From a virus (taxonomy: Duplodnaviria; Caudoviricetes): DNA of 57,100 bases. How positions within the stretch are numbered: position 1 is the stretch's first letter; each line of letters begins with the position of its first letter. The position numbers were made by a program, and so were the translations under genes. The notes under the pieces were generated by a model, which was not told the origin of the DNA, did no database searches, and worked only from the letters and a program-made list of their open reading frames with translations. Of this stretch, positions 17,701-26,608 are shown piece by piece. The DNA lies in the IMG/VR virus record IMGVR_UViG_3300017700_000562, positions 1-57,100 of that record; one strand, 5' to 3'.

Positions 17701-18395
17701 GACACCCCATTGCTCGTGATGATGGCGTTAGAACTCGCCACGACCGTGCTGCCCGACTTGGACACGACGGTGGAACCAGCGTTTAGGCACGAACTTTCTA
17801 TTGCGGCCCCCACGATTAACTGGGACGTGTCCAGCAGCCCGGTAAGATTGGGGCTGCCTGAAATGCAGTTGGCATTCTGAACTGACGTCAAGACAGAATA
17901 CAATTCAGGGTAAGTGGCCCGTACCAGTTGCTGGCCATAGGCAAATATGTAGGCGTTTGGGGCCGTCATGCCTGCCCAAATTTGAACCGACCCCACGGAT
18001 TGTCCGTCCCCTACGGTGGCGGACCCCCCACCCCCACCGCCTGATCCGGTGGACGCAGTTACCGCGTCCCATATTGTGTTCCCGTCAGCGTCCTTGACTA
18101 CCTGACGATATGACCCCGAACCAAAAGTCTGGCCCGTAGGTTGTGGGTAACCTGCAGCGTCTAGGACTACGGGATTGGTGGATAACACCGTACTGGCAGA
18201 ATTTACCCACGTGTTTTTACGTACGTTGCCCCCCGGTATGTAATAGTCCACGGTACCGGCCGCGACGGGATTGCCAAGCGCATCCAGGTATTGCTGTTTG
18301 GCATTGGGCAACAGGGACGTCTGGCCAAATGCCATCATAGGCACGAGGATACCGAGCAGCGTGCCCATTACAATTTGCTTCAAGGTCTTTTTCAT
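14766..18395 (-). CDS. Tail fibre / receptor-binding protein with N-terminal signal peptide
   Basis: Particle-attachment domain (YLDALGNP...TNPVVLDAAG), tail collar (RATYPEL, TFNMPDLRGR), HxH motifs and NTAVG-type beta-roll repeats. GAGGA RBS before MKKTLK. Confidence 0.88.
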   Translation of the reverse strand: MKKTLKQIVMGTLLGILVPMMAFGQTSLLPNAKQQYLDALGNPVAAGTVDYYIPGGNVRKNTWVNSASTVLSTNPVVLDAAGYPQPTGQTFGSGSYRQVVKDADGNTIWDAVTASTGSGGGGGGSATVGDGQSVGSVQIWAGMTAPNAYIFAYGQQLVRATYPELYSVLTSVQNANCISGSPNLTGLLDTSQLIVGAAIESSCLNAGSTVVSKSGSTVVASSNAIITSNGVSTRFFNFGNGNGSTTFNMPDLRGRVVAGRDNMGIIAANRLTAVFCAEPGLGASCGSQSHVQTVAELAAHNHGITDPSHLHATTAGTLYAGTTIGTVVAGAGVNVPTGTITSLAGVSTQNSVTGITINTNGSSAAAPIIQPTTQLNYVIKTTPDTNPNSYFGVASIGGMQGVLTCGVGLVCTGNDISVSTPGAAAGAGTLYGNPLTVVASSSAFDIAGLPSGTPVNSANDKFLVKKASTGALMSVSLLDMASANATVTSLNTLRGNLTLVAGANVTITPGAGTLTIAASGGGGGSGCTTPGTSNVFCNAGNGTLTGSANTAVNASLTSLTTGIENTAYGFAAGHDMTTSKGNVLVGNAAGYKITGGTFPVSTNNTFVGYQSGYGCTTCYYNVGIGLFALQWADNNLAQENTAVGATALLSNTTGTHNTALGANAIGGNYDPVGGTGTPHTGAENVAVGYNTGLGLTTGYQNTCIGAQSCAAFAPSISTAFNNTTLGWSTLSDITSGSGNIAIGLLSGANVTTASSNVFAGFYSGKGVVSGSGNTLFVNNTGATTAGSALSNVTALGKVDHSVMVDGNIYLADGLGNIRIRSNAAGGILLPAYAASGLTYMSSGGLLTNLTTAQGDLIYYSAANTPTVLAKSTSASRYLANTGASNNPQWDQVNLANGVVGNLPVTNLNGGSGASSTTYWAGDGTWKTPPGGTPPVISQECGRLTYVTGTLLDFSPVSSASCDTIRIAGVVYQIPAAGVAGCGNPTSVYLNGVAAQTLAVSTSYYVYLFNNGGTLTCDFSTTGYVIDTGAGNVGQAVKSGNTSRSLIGQIRTFSSSVVYVYNTNQRFVVSWQNKRDIPMGCPMLANGTVTGPQATTVFVQYTNAPTCEFLAWADQAVTFNMVGNGFNVAVGDASWTCLSAADSTTVPTDTCGIINGTTATGSIAAVNRYSVSDGYHFVTMVGNMSSANAVTMVGSANTGRRSGISGQIKG

Positions 18396-18555
18396 GCTAT
18401 CCTCGTGGTCTTACAGCAGGTGGGTCTTATGAAATTCTGGTATATAGCGCTAGGACTGTGCATCCTCGATGGAGTGTTTCAGGCCTTCCGTGACCGGTTC
18501 GGTGACGACATCCTCGGAGGTATCAATCGATATCGACATGGTGAAGAACCTGACT

Positions 18556-20688
18556 TTATTCAGACTGAGAATTCTTGCGACGAACAACCGACGCTCCTGG
18601 TCCTGATACCGCACCGGTCAAAAGGTTTCCTCCGGCCCGCGTCCGAGCGAAGGTCTTTGCCTGACGCGCCTCTTCGTTTGACAGGCCCCGAATCAGGTCG
18701 ATCATCTGAGGACCATTAGGCATCGTCAACAAGTGACCCAACTGGTTGTTGGCTACGTTGTTACGTTCGCCGCGCCGGGCATTGATCATGCCTGAAATAG
18801 TGAACTGATCGCGGATCGATGGCGGCAGATACGTGCCCGGTTTTCCGATATCGAACCCCCACTCAGGAGCGGGATTCGGCATCAATAGATTCTTGCGTTC
18901 GGCGCGGCCGACGTTGGAAGCGCCAGTGGCGTTGTTGCCCATGACGTCGAGAGCCTTGACCCCCAACAAGTGCTCCTGTTCAAGAGCCTTGATCATTTCG
19001 TCGGCCTGCTTATTGTTGCCGATCAGCAGGCGCAATTTCTCCTGATTATTGGGGGCCAACAGCTTGTTGCGCATCTGGGTGTCGCCAGTCAGCGCCGCCC
19101 CCATAGCATCTGAAATGGCCGCCCGTGCACCTATGACGCGGGCCTGGATTTCAGGCACTGACAGTCCGCGTAATTCGTGCTTGAGTTCGTCTACGGTCAA
19201 CCCGGATCGTCCCCCTAGAAAGGTGTCATATCCAGCCGCGTGGTTATCCTTCAACGAGGCATAATCCGCAAAGGTCTTGCGGGCCGTGTTCCACACCTTT
19301 CCAGCGTCGGTGGTTTCGATCTCGTGGATCATATCGTTCTTGAGACCGATCAACTTGCGTGCCAGCGTCTTGTCGCCGCTGGAGTATGCCTTTTCGATGG
19401 ACGAATCTAGGCCCTGCTTGACGTAGTCCCATGTCTGGGCAGTCGGAAAGTCCTTCTGCGGCCCCCCGGTGAAGAACTTGATGTTCACCGGTTCACCTGA
19501 AATGGCAGCCAGCTTCTCGGCGCGCTTGAACGCCCCGGCATTCTTGAGGCGCGGGATCAGGTCCTTTAGGCGTTCGGTGGGTGGAACCCTCATGCTGGTC
19601 CACTGGTTATACAACGGAGACGCCGCAGCCTTCTGGGCCTCAGTCGTAAGATATTCTAGTTCGACCATGTCGCGGCGAGGTGTACCCATGCCAGCGTCGG
19701 CTGCGGCCTCGATTCGGGGGCGCTGGTTGTCCATCCGCGTCTGATAGGCCTCACGCACGACGGCTTTCGGGCCGGGGGTTACGGCTGCCGCCCCCGTAAG
19801 GTCGGTCATACCTTGGTTGAGATCGCCGAGAAAACCGTGCGGCCCGATCCGATCCCGCGCAGCCGCGATGGTGGCCGGAGTCTCCCCCTCCACAGCCTGA
19901 ACCAACCGGTTTACGTTGATGGGGTCGATACCCTTCAACGGCCCCTGACGGGGCAGAAAATAATTGAGGGCAGCCGACGTGCCCTTATGAGCCAGATCGC
20001 CGGCCACAGGCCCGGCCATACCCACTCCACCTCCGAGCAACGCGCCGGTACCGATATTATCCCCGCGCAGCGCGGCATCAGCACCCCCAATGGTGGCACC
20101 CCCGGCTCCACCGCCAAGGGTACGAAGGCCCAAGGAAGGCCCACGGAGGCCCATCATGATCGCGCCGGGGCCTGTCATGGCCAGCGGGATCGCAGACGCA
20201 ACGCCACCCGCCACGTTGGCCACGGTGGACCCTATCGGATTTTCGGCGGCAAATTCCTTGGTGGCCCCGGTCAGTTTGTTGCGGGCCGAAGTGAAACGGT
20301 CCATCCACGTCGCGCCGTAGGGGTTGGGGTCCCCCTGCCCGAAACCTTTGGCAGTAGCGTCAATTGCCGACGCCGCCAGATCGGTGGCCGGGGCAACCAG
20401 CGGCACTCCCTCCACCACCTGGTTGGCATAGCCCGCCGCCTTGCGAGCGGGTTCAGGGGCGGTGTCGATCAGGGACGGTTTGCGGATGGTCACGCGGGGT
20501 CGACCGTTCTCACCAATCGGCACTCCGCCCGGCGAAACCTTGGTCGGTTCGTCTTTGATTCCCAGCATGTCCAGGGCTTTTTGGAATTCATGCACCGTCG
20601 CCGGCTTGGTGGCAGCCTTGCGCGGCGTCGGGGCGTCGTCGTCCTCGCCGTCGTCAATACCCAGCAGCTTGGCGGTCGAACTGGCCAT
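18556..20688 (-). CDS. Large DNA ejection / internal virion protein
   Basis: Gly/Ala-rich amphipathic segment and a helical C-terminus. Third of three coupled genes at the P22 gp7/gp20/gp16 position. Confidence 0.7.
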   Translation of the reverse strand: MASSTAKLLGIDDGEDDDAPTPRKAATKPATVHEFQKALDMLGIKDEPTKVSPGGVPIGENGRPRVTIRKPSLIDTAPEPARKAAGYANQVVEGVPLVAPATDLAASAIDATAKGFGQGDPNPYGATWMDRFTSARNKLTGATKEFAAENPIGSTVANVAGGVASAIPLAMTGPGAIMMGLRGPSLGLRTLGGGAGGATIGGADAALRGDNIGTGALLGGGVGMAGPVAGDLAHKGTSAALNYFLPRQGPLKGIDPINVNRLVQAVEGETPATIAAARDRIGPHGFLGDLNQGMTDLTGAAAVTPGPKAVVREAYQTRMDNQRPRIEAAADAGMGTPRRDMVELEYLTTEAQKAAASPLYNQWTSMRVPPTERLKDLIPRLKNAGAFKRAEKLAAISGEPVNIKFFTGGPQKDFPTAQTWDYVKQGLDSSIEKAYSSGDKTLARKLIGLKNDMIHEIETTDAGKVWNTARKTFADYASLKDNHAAGYDTFLGGRSGLTVDELKHELRGLSVPEIQARVIGARAAISDAMGAALTGDTQMRNKLLAPNNQEKLRLLIGNNKQADEMIKALEQEHLLGVKALDVMGNNATGASNVGRAERKNLLMPNPAPEWGFDIGKPGTYLPPSIRDQFTISGMINARRGERNNVANNQLGHLLTMPNGPQMIDLIRGLSNEEARQAKTFARTRAGGNLLTGAVSGPGASVVRRKNSQSE

Positions 20689-22289
20689 TAGTAGGTAACC
20701 CACTTGTTGTCGTGCGCCTTCTGGACCTTACGGAGCAATTCCTTGCGCTCGTCGGCGTTCTCGATCTTGTCGAAGTATTCCTGCCGTTCCTTGGGTTTCA
20801 GATACTTGAACTGGAACACACGTGGGTCATACTCCGAATTGAAATTATCCTCGAACTGCAGGTAGGTTTGTGGACCCTTACCCTGTTCGCGCCACTTGCG
20901 CCATTCCTTATTCTTCAAGGTGATGGCGTCCTCGTTACCCTTAAGCAGGCTGAGGATGCCCTTGATGCCTTGCTGCGACATCAGTTCGTTGGGCGAAGTG
21001 TGCATCGCGCTGTCCAGCTTGGCGTCGGTGCCGGTGCCGCCGAGAGCCTTGAACTGGGACTGCACGAGAGTATGTACCTGCTTGTTGAACTCTTCCTGCG
21101 AGGCCACGGACCGCTCGTCGAATACCGCGCCTTCCTTTTTCCAACTGGCAGGAATAGGGGCGTTCGCAATAATGGCGCTCTTGAATATGCGCTTGTAGTC
21201 CGCGCCGGGGCCGGGCGTGAAGTTCTTGAGTTCCTTCTCCAGATTGCCGATGATGGCCCTGGCGTTTGGCGATTCGGCTGCCGCAGAACTGAGAGCCGAG
21301 GCCCGTGCCGTGGAAGTCGCGGTTTCTGCCTGTGTCGCGGTATCGAAGCCGGGCGGATTGGCGACTGCCGGGCCTTTTGCCGTGCCGTAGGCCGCGTCCA
21401 TCCGCTGCTGAGGCGTGGCCGGGCTGGGATCGTCCGGAATGGGCATACGGTCCCGGCGCTGCGGACCGGGGGGAGGCAGATCGGCGCGCTCGACCGGGCC
21501 GGCCTCGGACCCCGTAATGATGCCCTTGAAATTGTTGCTGTAGTTGGGGTCCTTGGGAGAGCCCTGCTCGCCATATAGACGCGGTTGACCCTCCGGACCG
21601 GCAACAGGCGTCGTCGGCGGAATGCGCTTTTGCATCGGGGCCGGCAGTTTGGGTTCGGCCTTTGTTCCGAGCGGCACGAAGTTGATGTTCTGGCCATCAT
21701 CAATCGTACCGTATTGAGGTGAGTGCTGGCCCAGGATTTCAGCCGACGACGCGGCCTGTGTGGTAAGTTCGAGGGCCTTCTTGGCGATTTCCTTGCCGGA
21801 CAGCGGCTTGCCATCCACCCCGTGAAACTGCTTGGTGATGTTCAGGATCAGAGGCAGGTCAATGCCCAGTTCCTTGGCACCAGGCAACGACATAACGGTG
21901 CGCGCCACTTTGTGGACTTCGGCCATGGTGGCCTTGTCGCCCTTTTCGGCAATGCCGCTGAACATGTGGCTGGTGAGTGCAAGTCGCTTCTGCAGCGTGT
22001 CTAGACCGGTGGCGTCTGCGGCAAATCCTGCGCTTTTCAACTTTTCGAGCGCGTCCAGCGTCGGGATGGCCTTGGACGCTCCGGCCGGGGATTGCCCTAG
22101 GAAGGTAGCAAGCTTGTTGCGGTCAATCTGACCGTCCGGACCCATCGCCTGCTGAACGCCCTTGCCGACTTCGAGTTCCCCAATAGCCGACTGCATCTTG
22201 GCCACATCGGTAAGCATCGACAAAGGATTGTTAGCCTGTGGCTGAGGCTTGGGGTAGGACGAGAAGTCAAACGAACCAATGTCGGCCAT
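20688..22289 (-). CDS. DNA ejection / internal virion protein
   Basis: Start MADIGSFD at 22289. Assigned by synteny and composition. Confidence 0.7.
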   Translation of the reverse strand: MADIGSFDFSSYPKPQPQANNPLSMLTDVAKMQSAIGELEVGKGVQQAMGPDGQIDRNKLATFLGQSPAGASKAIPTLDALEKLKSAGFAADATGLDTLQKRLALTSHMFSGIAEKGDKATMAEVHKVARTVMSLPGAKELGIDLPLILNITKQFHGVDGKPLSGKEIAKKALELTTQAASSAEILGQHSPQYGTIDDGQNINFVPLGTKAEPKLPAPMQKRIPPTTPVAGPEGQPRLYGEQGSPKDPNYSNNFKGIITGSEAGPVERADLPPPGPQRRDRMPIPDDPSPATPQQRMDAAYGTAKGPAVANPPGFDTATQAETATSTARASALSSAAAESPNARAIIGNLEKELKNFTPGPGADYKRIFKSAIIANAPIPASWKKEGAVFDERSVASQEEFNKQVHTLVQSQFKALGGTGTDAKLDSAMHTSPNELMSQQGIKGILSLLKGNEDAITLKNKEWRKWREQGKGPQTYLQFEDNFNSEYDPRVFQFKYLKPKERQEYFDKIENADERKELLRKVQKAHDNKWVTY

Positions 22290-22291
22290 TT

Positions 22292-23125
22292 TTAATACCC
22301 CGCTAGGGGGGTGGGGCCGTTCGGACCGCCGAGAGACGACGCTCCATACCATGACCCGTCGCCCGTCGCACCGCTGCCGCCATACACGCCATTGCTGCCC
22401 ATCTGGTTAGCAAGATAAGCGCTACCAAGCGAATTGCCCAGTCCGCCGATCGCCGACCCGATGGCATTGGACGACGCGGCGCTGGCATTTCCTGCTCCAA
22501 TCAAGGCCTGAGAATTGGCATTGGCCACGTTCGACCCGACGCCCGCCAGCGCGTTGCCCGACGACGCCCCGGTGTTGATCAGGTTCTGACCCGCGCCGGC
22601 CTGCCCGCTGAACAGGTTCTGTAGAGAATTAACGACACTCTGCCATGTCTGCGACGCCAGACCGCTGGAGAACGACGCCGCCCCCTTAGCCACGGCCCCG
22701 CCCGATCCGCCGAGACCACGGGCAGCCAGCGCATTGTTGGCGGAACGCAGCCCCTGGCTGTTGGCGAACTGATACCCCGGCGTCTGTTCAAGCGTGGCCG
22801 ACTGATCGGCCCCCGGCATCAACAATTTCATGAGAGCGTTCAGGGGGCTGGAAGTGTTGTTAGGGTCGAGAAGCTGTTGCTGCGACCCGATCTGTTGCTG
22901 CCCCGCATTGATAAACGGAGACAATAAGTTCTTGTTCTGTTCGTACATCTGCTGCTGGTTAGCGATGGATTTGTCAGCAGCTTCGCGCTGGGCGTCAGCG
23001 GCATTCGAGGACCCAAACACGGACGCCCCGGCCGAAAGTGCCCCCGCGCCCAAGATCGCTGCCGCGACTGAACAGTACAGCCGGGCCTCCGGATCGAATT
23101 CTTGGAATGCTCGGCTGGTGATCAT
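22292..23125 (-). CDS. DNA transfer (pilot) protein, P22 gp7-like
   Basis: Gly/Ala/Ser/Gln-rich, with LEQTPGYQF...AARG and AADAQREAA motifs. Confidence 0.8.
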   Translation of the reverse strand: MITSRAFQEFDPEARLYCSVAAAILGAGALSAGASVFGSSNAADAQREAADKSIANQQQMYEQNKNLLSPFINAGQQQIGSQQQLLDPNNTSSPLNALMKLLMPGADQSATLEQTPGYQFANSQGLRSANNALAARGLGGSGGAVAKGAASFSSGLASQTWQSVVNSLQNLFSGQAGAGQNLINTGASSGNALAGVGSNVANANSQALIGAGNASAASSNAIGSAIGGLGNSLGSAYLANQMGSNGVYGGSGATGDGSWYGASSLGGPNGPTPLAGY

Positions 23126-23583
23126 CAGATTAAGGCCCTGATCATATATGTATCGGCGGGTTCAAACCCGAACATCGGAAGCAATCTGTCGAGACCCAGC
23201 GGATTTCCGGTCTTGTACCCGGAATACCACACTTTCACGCCCCGTCGTCGTAATTCCTGTTCGGTGTGCCGAAACAACGGGAGGACCAGACCCCGGTTCC
23301 GTTCTTCGGGAACAACGTAACATATGTCCATTGTTCCGGTCAATGTGGAACGGTAGTGAAACCCCGGCGCGACCTGTGCGATGTAATATGCCGCGATCTT
23401 GCCGTTGCGCCGGGCCGTGACCAGGAACAAAATTCCCTGCGCCTCGCGGCGCAGGTATTCGTCGTACTGGGGATCGAGCGGCATCATCCACTGTAGCAGG
23501 CCAAGTTCACGATGATGCGACACGAAGATTTCACGCAGTTCCGGTAATGCGTGTTGGTAAGATTCGACCTGGAGTGTAATCAT
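23125..23583 (-). CDS. GNAT-family acetyltransferase
   Basis: ICYVVPEERNRG acetyl-CoA motif A and a C-terminal FGFEP. Confidence 0.8.
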   Translation of the reverse strand: MITLQVESYQHALPELREIFVSHHRELGLLQWMMPLDPQYDEYLRREAQGILFLVTARRNGKIAAYYIAQVAPGFHYRSTLTGTMDICYVVPEERNRGLVLPLFRHTEQELRRRGVKVWYSGYKTGNPLGLDRLLPMFGFEPADTYMIRALI

Positions 23584-24107
23584 ACGTCGATCCTTACGTC
23601 GACGAGCATGTGAATTCGATCATCTGCCGAATTGTTCACGACGGAGTGCTCCGCCGCCGCGTCGAACCAGAATAGTTGACCCGTAAGCATCTGAACTGTC
23701 TCGTCGCCGCACGTAAACAGCGAACCGGGCAGACCCTGCAAAACGATATGATACCGGGTGTAATATTCCGCGTACTTGCCGAGAGTGTCCTTGTGTGGAA
23801 GGATTTTCTTGCCGGGCTCGGTCTTGGTGATGACCACCCGGCCCAGCCGCGAACCGTTAACCAGCTTCAAAATGTCGAGGGCCATCTGCTTGGCCCCCAG
23901 CAGCGCCATCGCCGGGGTATCTACGGCCTCCAGGTCGTCGCCGTCCGGACTGCCGAACCGCAGCAAGATGTCGTGGACGTCGGCGTGCGGCGTGCCTTCG
24001 AACGAAGTTCTGGTGTCGTCCGCGTCCCACAGTTCGTGGTGGCGCATCAAGGAATTCATGATCGGCTGCGTATTGATGCCCGCAGTAAGCATGTAAAAAT
24101 AGCGCAT
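23580..24107 (-). CDS. Aspartyl/asparaginyl beta-hydroxylase-like 2OG-Fe(II) dioxygenase
   Basis: PGKKILPHKD, RYHIVL, WFD...EHSVVN and DRIHMLVD (HxD...H triad). Confidence 0.85.
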   Translation of the reverse strand: MRYFYMLTAGINTQPIMNSLMRHHELWDADDTRTSFEGTPHADVHDILLRFGSPDGDDLEAVDTPAMALLGAKQMALDILKLVNGSRLGRVVITKTEPGKKILPHKDTLGKYAEYYTRYHIVLQGLPGSLFTCGDETVQMLTGQLFWFDAAAEHSVVNNSADDRIHMLVDVRIDV

Positions 24108-24131
24108 TGGGTTTCCATTTCCAGATGGAGG

Positions 24132-24446
24132 TTAATCAAACAGACTAGTTAGAAACGTCCTGAACTCCGGTGTCAACGTATTATCCGGGTTGGTGGCGCT
24201 GACGGTGCCGGCCACGATTCCGACTGGCACTCCGGCTACTATCGCCAAATTCACCATGAACATTCTGAATTCCGGGGTCAACTCCCCGGTGGGCATCTTT
24301 ACCCTGACCGTACCCGCCAGAATTCCGGGGTTCACCCCCAGTTCGTTACAAATCTCGATCAGAAACATTCGTAGCGCATCGCTGAGCGTGCCGTCCGGGT
24401 TGGTGCCCGGCACTGAGCCGGCTATGAGCCCCGGATTAAGCGCCAT
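24132..24446 (-). CDS. Three-repeat small protein, possible tail plug/needle analogue
   Basis: Three ~35-aa repeats of PG..AG.V...NP.G.LT.EFR.FL, just downstream of the gp10-like gene. Confidence 0.6.
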   Translation of the reverse strand: MALNPGLIAGSVPGTNPDGTLSDALRMFLIEICNELGVNPGILAGTVRVKMPTGELTPEFRMFMVNLAIVAGVPVGIVAGTVSATNPDNTLTPEFRTFLTSLFD

Positions 24447-24696
24447 TGGGCTCGGACCCCACGTCCCACTTGAGAGTTACGCTGGGCTTGCCGGACCTGT
24501 TGCCGGCCCTGCGAGCCACTTCCTGGTCCAGCTTGTCGCGGGTCTCGAACTCCAGCGCCGGTCGATACTTGGCGGCATCAGTGAGTTGAGCAGACAGGGT
24601 GGAGTCGTCCAGCATTTCCTGCATGAGTGGAGGAAATGCAGACAGATAGTATTTGAAACTTTCCTTGTCTTGCCACGCGTACAGGGTTCTTGGCAT
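24436..24696 (-). CDS. Hypothetical protein
   Basis: Coupled between tail genes. Confidence 0.5.
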   Translation of the reverse strand: MPRTLYAWQDKESFKYYLSAFPPLMQEMLDDSTLSAQLTDAAKYRPALEFETRDKLDQEVARRAGNRSGKPSVTLKWDVGSEPNGA

Positions 24697-26162
24697 CAGG
24701 TTTCCGCTTCCTCGGGCTCGACGTACACGCCGTTGAGCGCAGTTTTCATGTTTGCAGTCCAGAACAATTCATAGACGCGCTGGCGAGCCATGCCGAGACG
24801 GTTGTATTCGATCAGGGTGTCATACTGCCCGGTAGCTCCCAGGGGCTTTTGCAACGGGTCCGAATAAGTGTGACCCCCGTCGTCTGAATAGACCATGTTC
24901 AGCATCGGCATTTCGGCGTTCGGGTCTTCGATGGTACCGCATTCCATATAAGCGCGTAGTGCCCAGTGCGTCACTCGGTTCAGTTCCTTGACCAGTGTTG
25001 GGAACCCTCGGATATACTGTACAGCCCGCCCGTTGTCTTCATATACTTCTGGGTCGATCAAGTATAGTTCACCGGTTTCCCAGTCCACCCCAACCGTTTC
25101 ACCATACGCTTGTGCATAAAATAACACGCGGTCCCGGTGCAAGTTGCCGTCATCATCCTGCCATGCCAACTGGTGCCACTGCTTGGTGGCCAGATCGTAT
25201 GCCCAGGTCTTGTCGGCACTCGGAAATGTGAACACTACGAAGATATGACCTTCGATCTGGTAGGTGGTACCTACGGCATCTTCCAGCGTAGGGTATTTCT
25301 GGATTTCGTTCTCGATGGCGTGGGTTGAAATACGCTGAGCCGTGTATCCTTCCGACTTTACAATGATTCCCTTGCCTTGCAAATTGCGAGAAATCCAGAA
25401 CAGTGAAGTATCCGCGAACACTTTGCTGTACTTGGCGACACATCCATACGACACGAAAGTAGACGGAATGGCCTCGAACGGAAAATCAGCCGCGCCCGAC
25501 AGGAACCATGGCTCCGTGGTCTGCGTGCCGATCAACCAGACTTCACGCTGACGAACTCCAATGGTCACGATGCTGTCCGGGTAGGTAGCCTTGCCGGCGA
25601 TGTCCAGGGCATCAAATGTTACGGCGTCGGACTGCGATATAATCCAATTCTGGGTGTTTGGGATGGTGTTGAACAGGAAAAACGTCTGCAGATAGTCGAC
25701 CACGTCGGCCCCGGTGAACAGCCCCGTGCCGTCAACTATAGGATTGAACACCAGCGTGGTCATGTTCATCACGTAGCCGGTGGTGGTGCCATCCACCAAC
25801 ACCAGGGCATTGCCCGCAAATTGTCCGTTATCTGCCATTGATACCGGATTCAGACCCCCTACGATATTCCCAATGGCGTTGTACTGCCAAGTGGGATCAA
25901 TGTAGTACAAAGTGTCATTGATCAATTCAAACAGTCGACCGTTAGACGCCGTGTACAGACCCCGCGCCACTCCGTTTGGACCTGTGCCGGACAGTACGGG
26001 AGACCCCAACAAAGTCTTACCGGGCCGTGGGTAGTGCGTGACCGGGGCTGGGGGCTTGGTCTCCTGTGGATTGGCCTCCGGATACAGGTTTACGCAGCGC
26101 TGAGCGTTGGCAATGACGCTCTTTGCCTGGTACGCGCCTGACGTAAGCGGAAGTGGCTCCAC
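24696..26162 (-). CDS. Packaged-DNA stabilisation / tail hub protein, P22 gp10-like
   Basis: AQRCVNLYPE, SMADNG, TWAYDLATKQWH, SDDGGHTYS and RLGMARQRVYEL. Confidence 0.85.
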   Translation of the reverse strand: MEPLPLTSGAYQAKSVIANAQRCVNLYPEANPQETKPPAPVTHYPRPGKTLLGSPVLSGTGPNGVARGLYTASNGRLFELINDTLYYIDPTWQYNAIGNIVGGLNPVSMADNGQFAGNALVLVDGTTTGYVMNMTTLVFNPIVDGTGLFTGADVVDYLQTFFLFNTIPNTQNWIISQSDAVTFDALDIAGKATYPDSIVTIGVRQREVWLIGTQTTEPWFLSGAADFPFEAIPSTFVSYGCVAKYSKVFADTSLFWISRNLQGKGIIVKSEGYTAQRISTHAIENEIQKYPTLEDAVGTTYQIEGHIFVVFTFPSADKTWAYDLATKQWHQLAWQDDDGNLHRDRVLFYAQAYGETVGVDWETGELYLIDPEVYEDNGRAVQYIRGFPTLVKELNRVTHWALRAYMECGTIEDPNAEMPMLNMVYSDDGGHTYSDPLQKPLGATGQYDTLIEYNRLGMARQRVYELFWTANMKTALNGVYVEPEEAET

Positions 26163-26176
26163 AGTTCAGGTCGCCT

Positions 26177-26596
26177 TTAGGCGCTGGTGAGGCGGAACCA
26201 CTTGCCATTCTGCGTCGAAATGAACCGGGCCGTCTTGCCGGCCGCCAGATCGACCGGCGTGGTGCCGGCGGTACCGTTGATCGTGTCGGTGGGAGTTCGG
26301 GCGTTCGAATAAATGCGGGCGCTGTTGGCCGTGCTGTTGACGACGTCCAGAATCTGATTGCCCTTGGCCGACGGCAACTGCGCGCTGTCGTTGGCCGAAG
26401 CGACGACGCTGATCTCGCAGATGGCGGCGTCGAGCAGCGACACGTTGATGCCGGGGGCCGCCCCACCAGCCAGCGCGGCCACGGTCTTCGCAGAGCGATT
26501 ATACCCGCCCGCCAGACCGTGCGAGTTGACGAACGCGCCGTCGATCAGGCGCTCGCCACTCTGCGGAATGGTGGCGTTTCCATTGGGATAGGTCAT
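26177..26596 (-). CDS. Virion structural / decoration protein
   Basis: Small beta-rich Ala/Gly/Thr protein between the adaptor and gp10-like genes. Confidence 0.6.
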   Translation of the reverse strand: MTYPNGNATIPQSGERLIDGAFVNSHGLAGGYNRSAKTVAALAGGAAPGINVSLLDAAICEISVVASANDSAQLPSAKGNQILDVVNSTANSARIYSNARTPTDTINGTAGTTPVDLAAGKTARFISTQNGKWFRLTSA

Positions 26597-26608
26597 GTCG
26601 TTATGCTC

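Noticed and set aside
18400-18555. Small gene between the ejection protein and the tail fibre
   Set aside because: Short ORFs exist on both strands, but none has a convincing RBS or motif.
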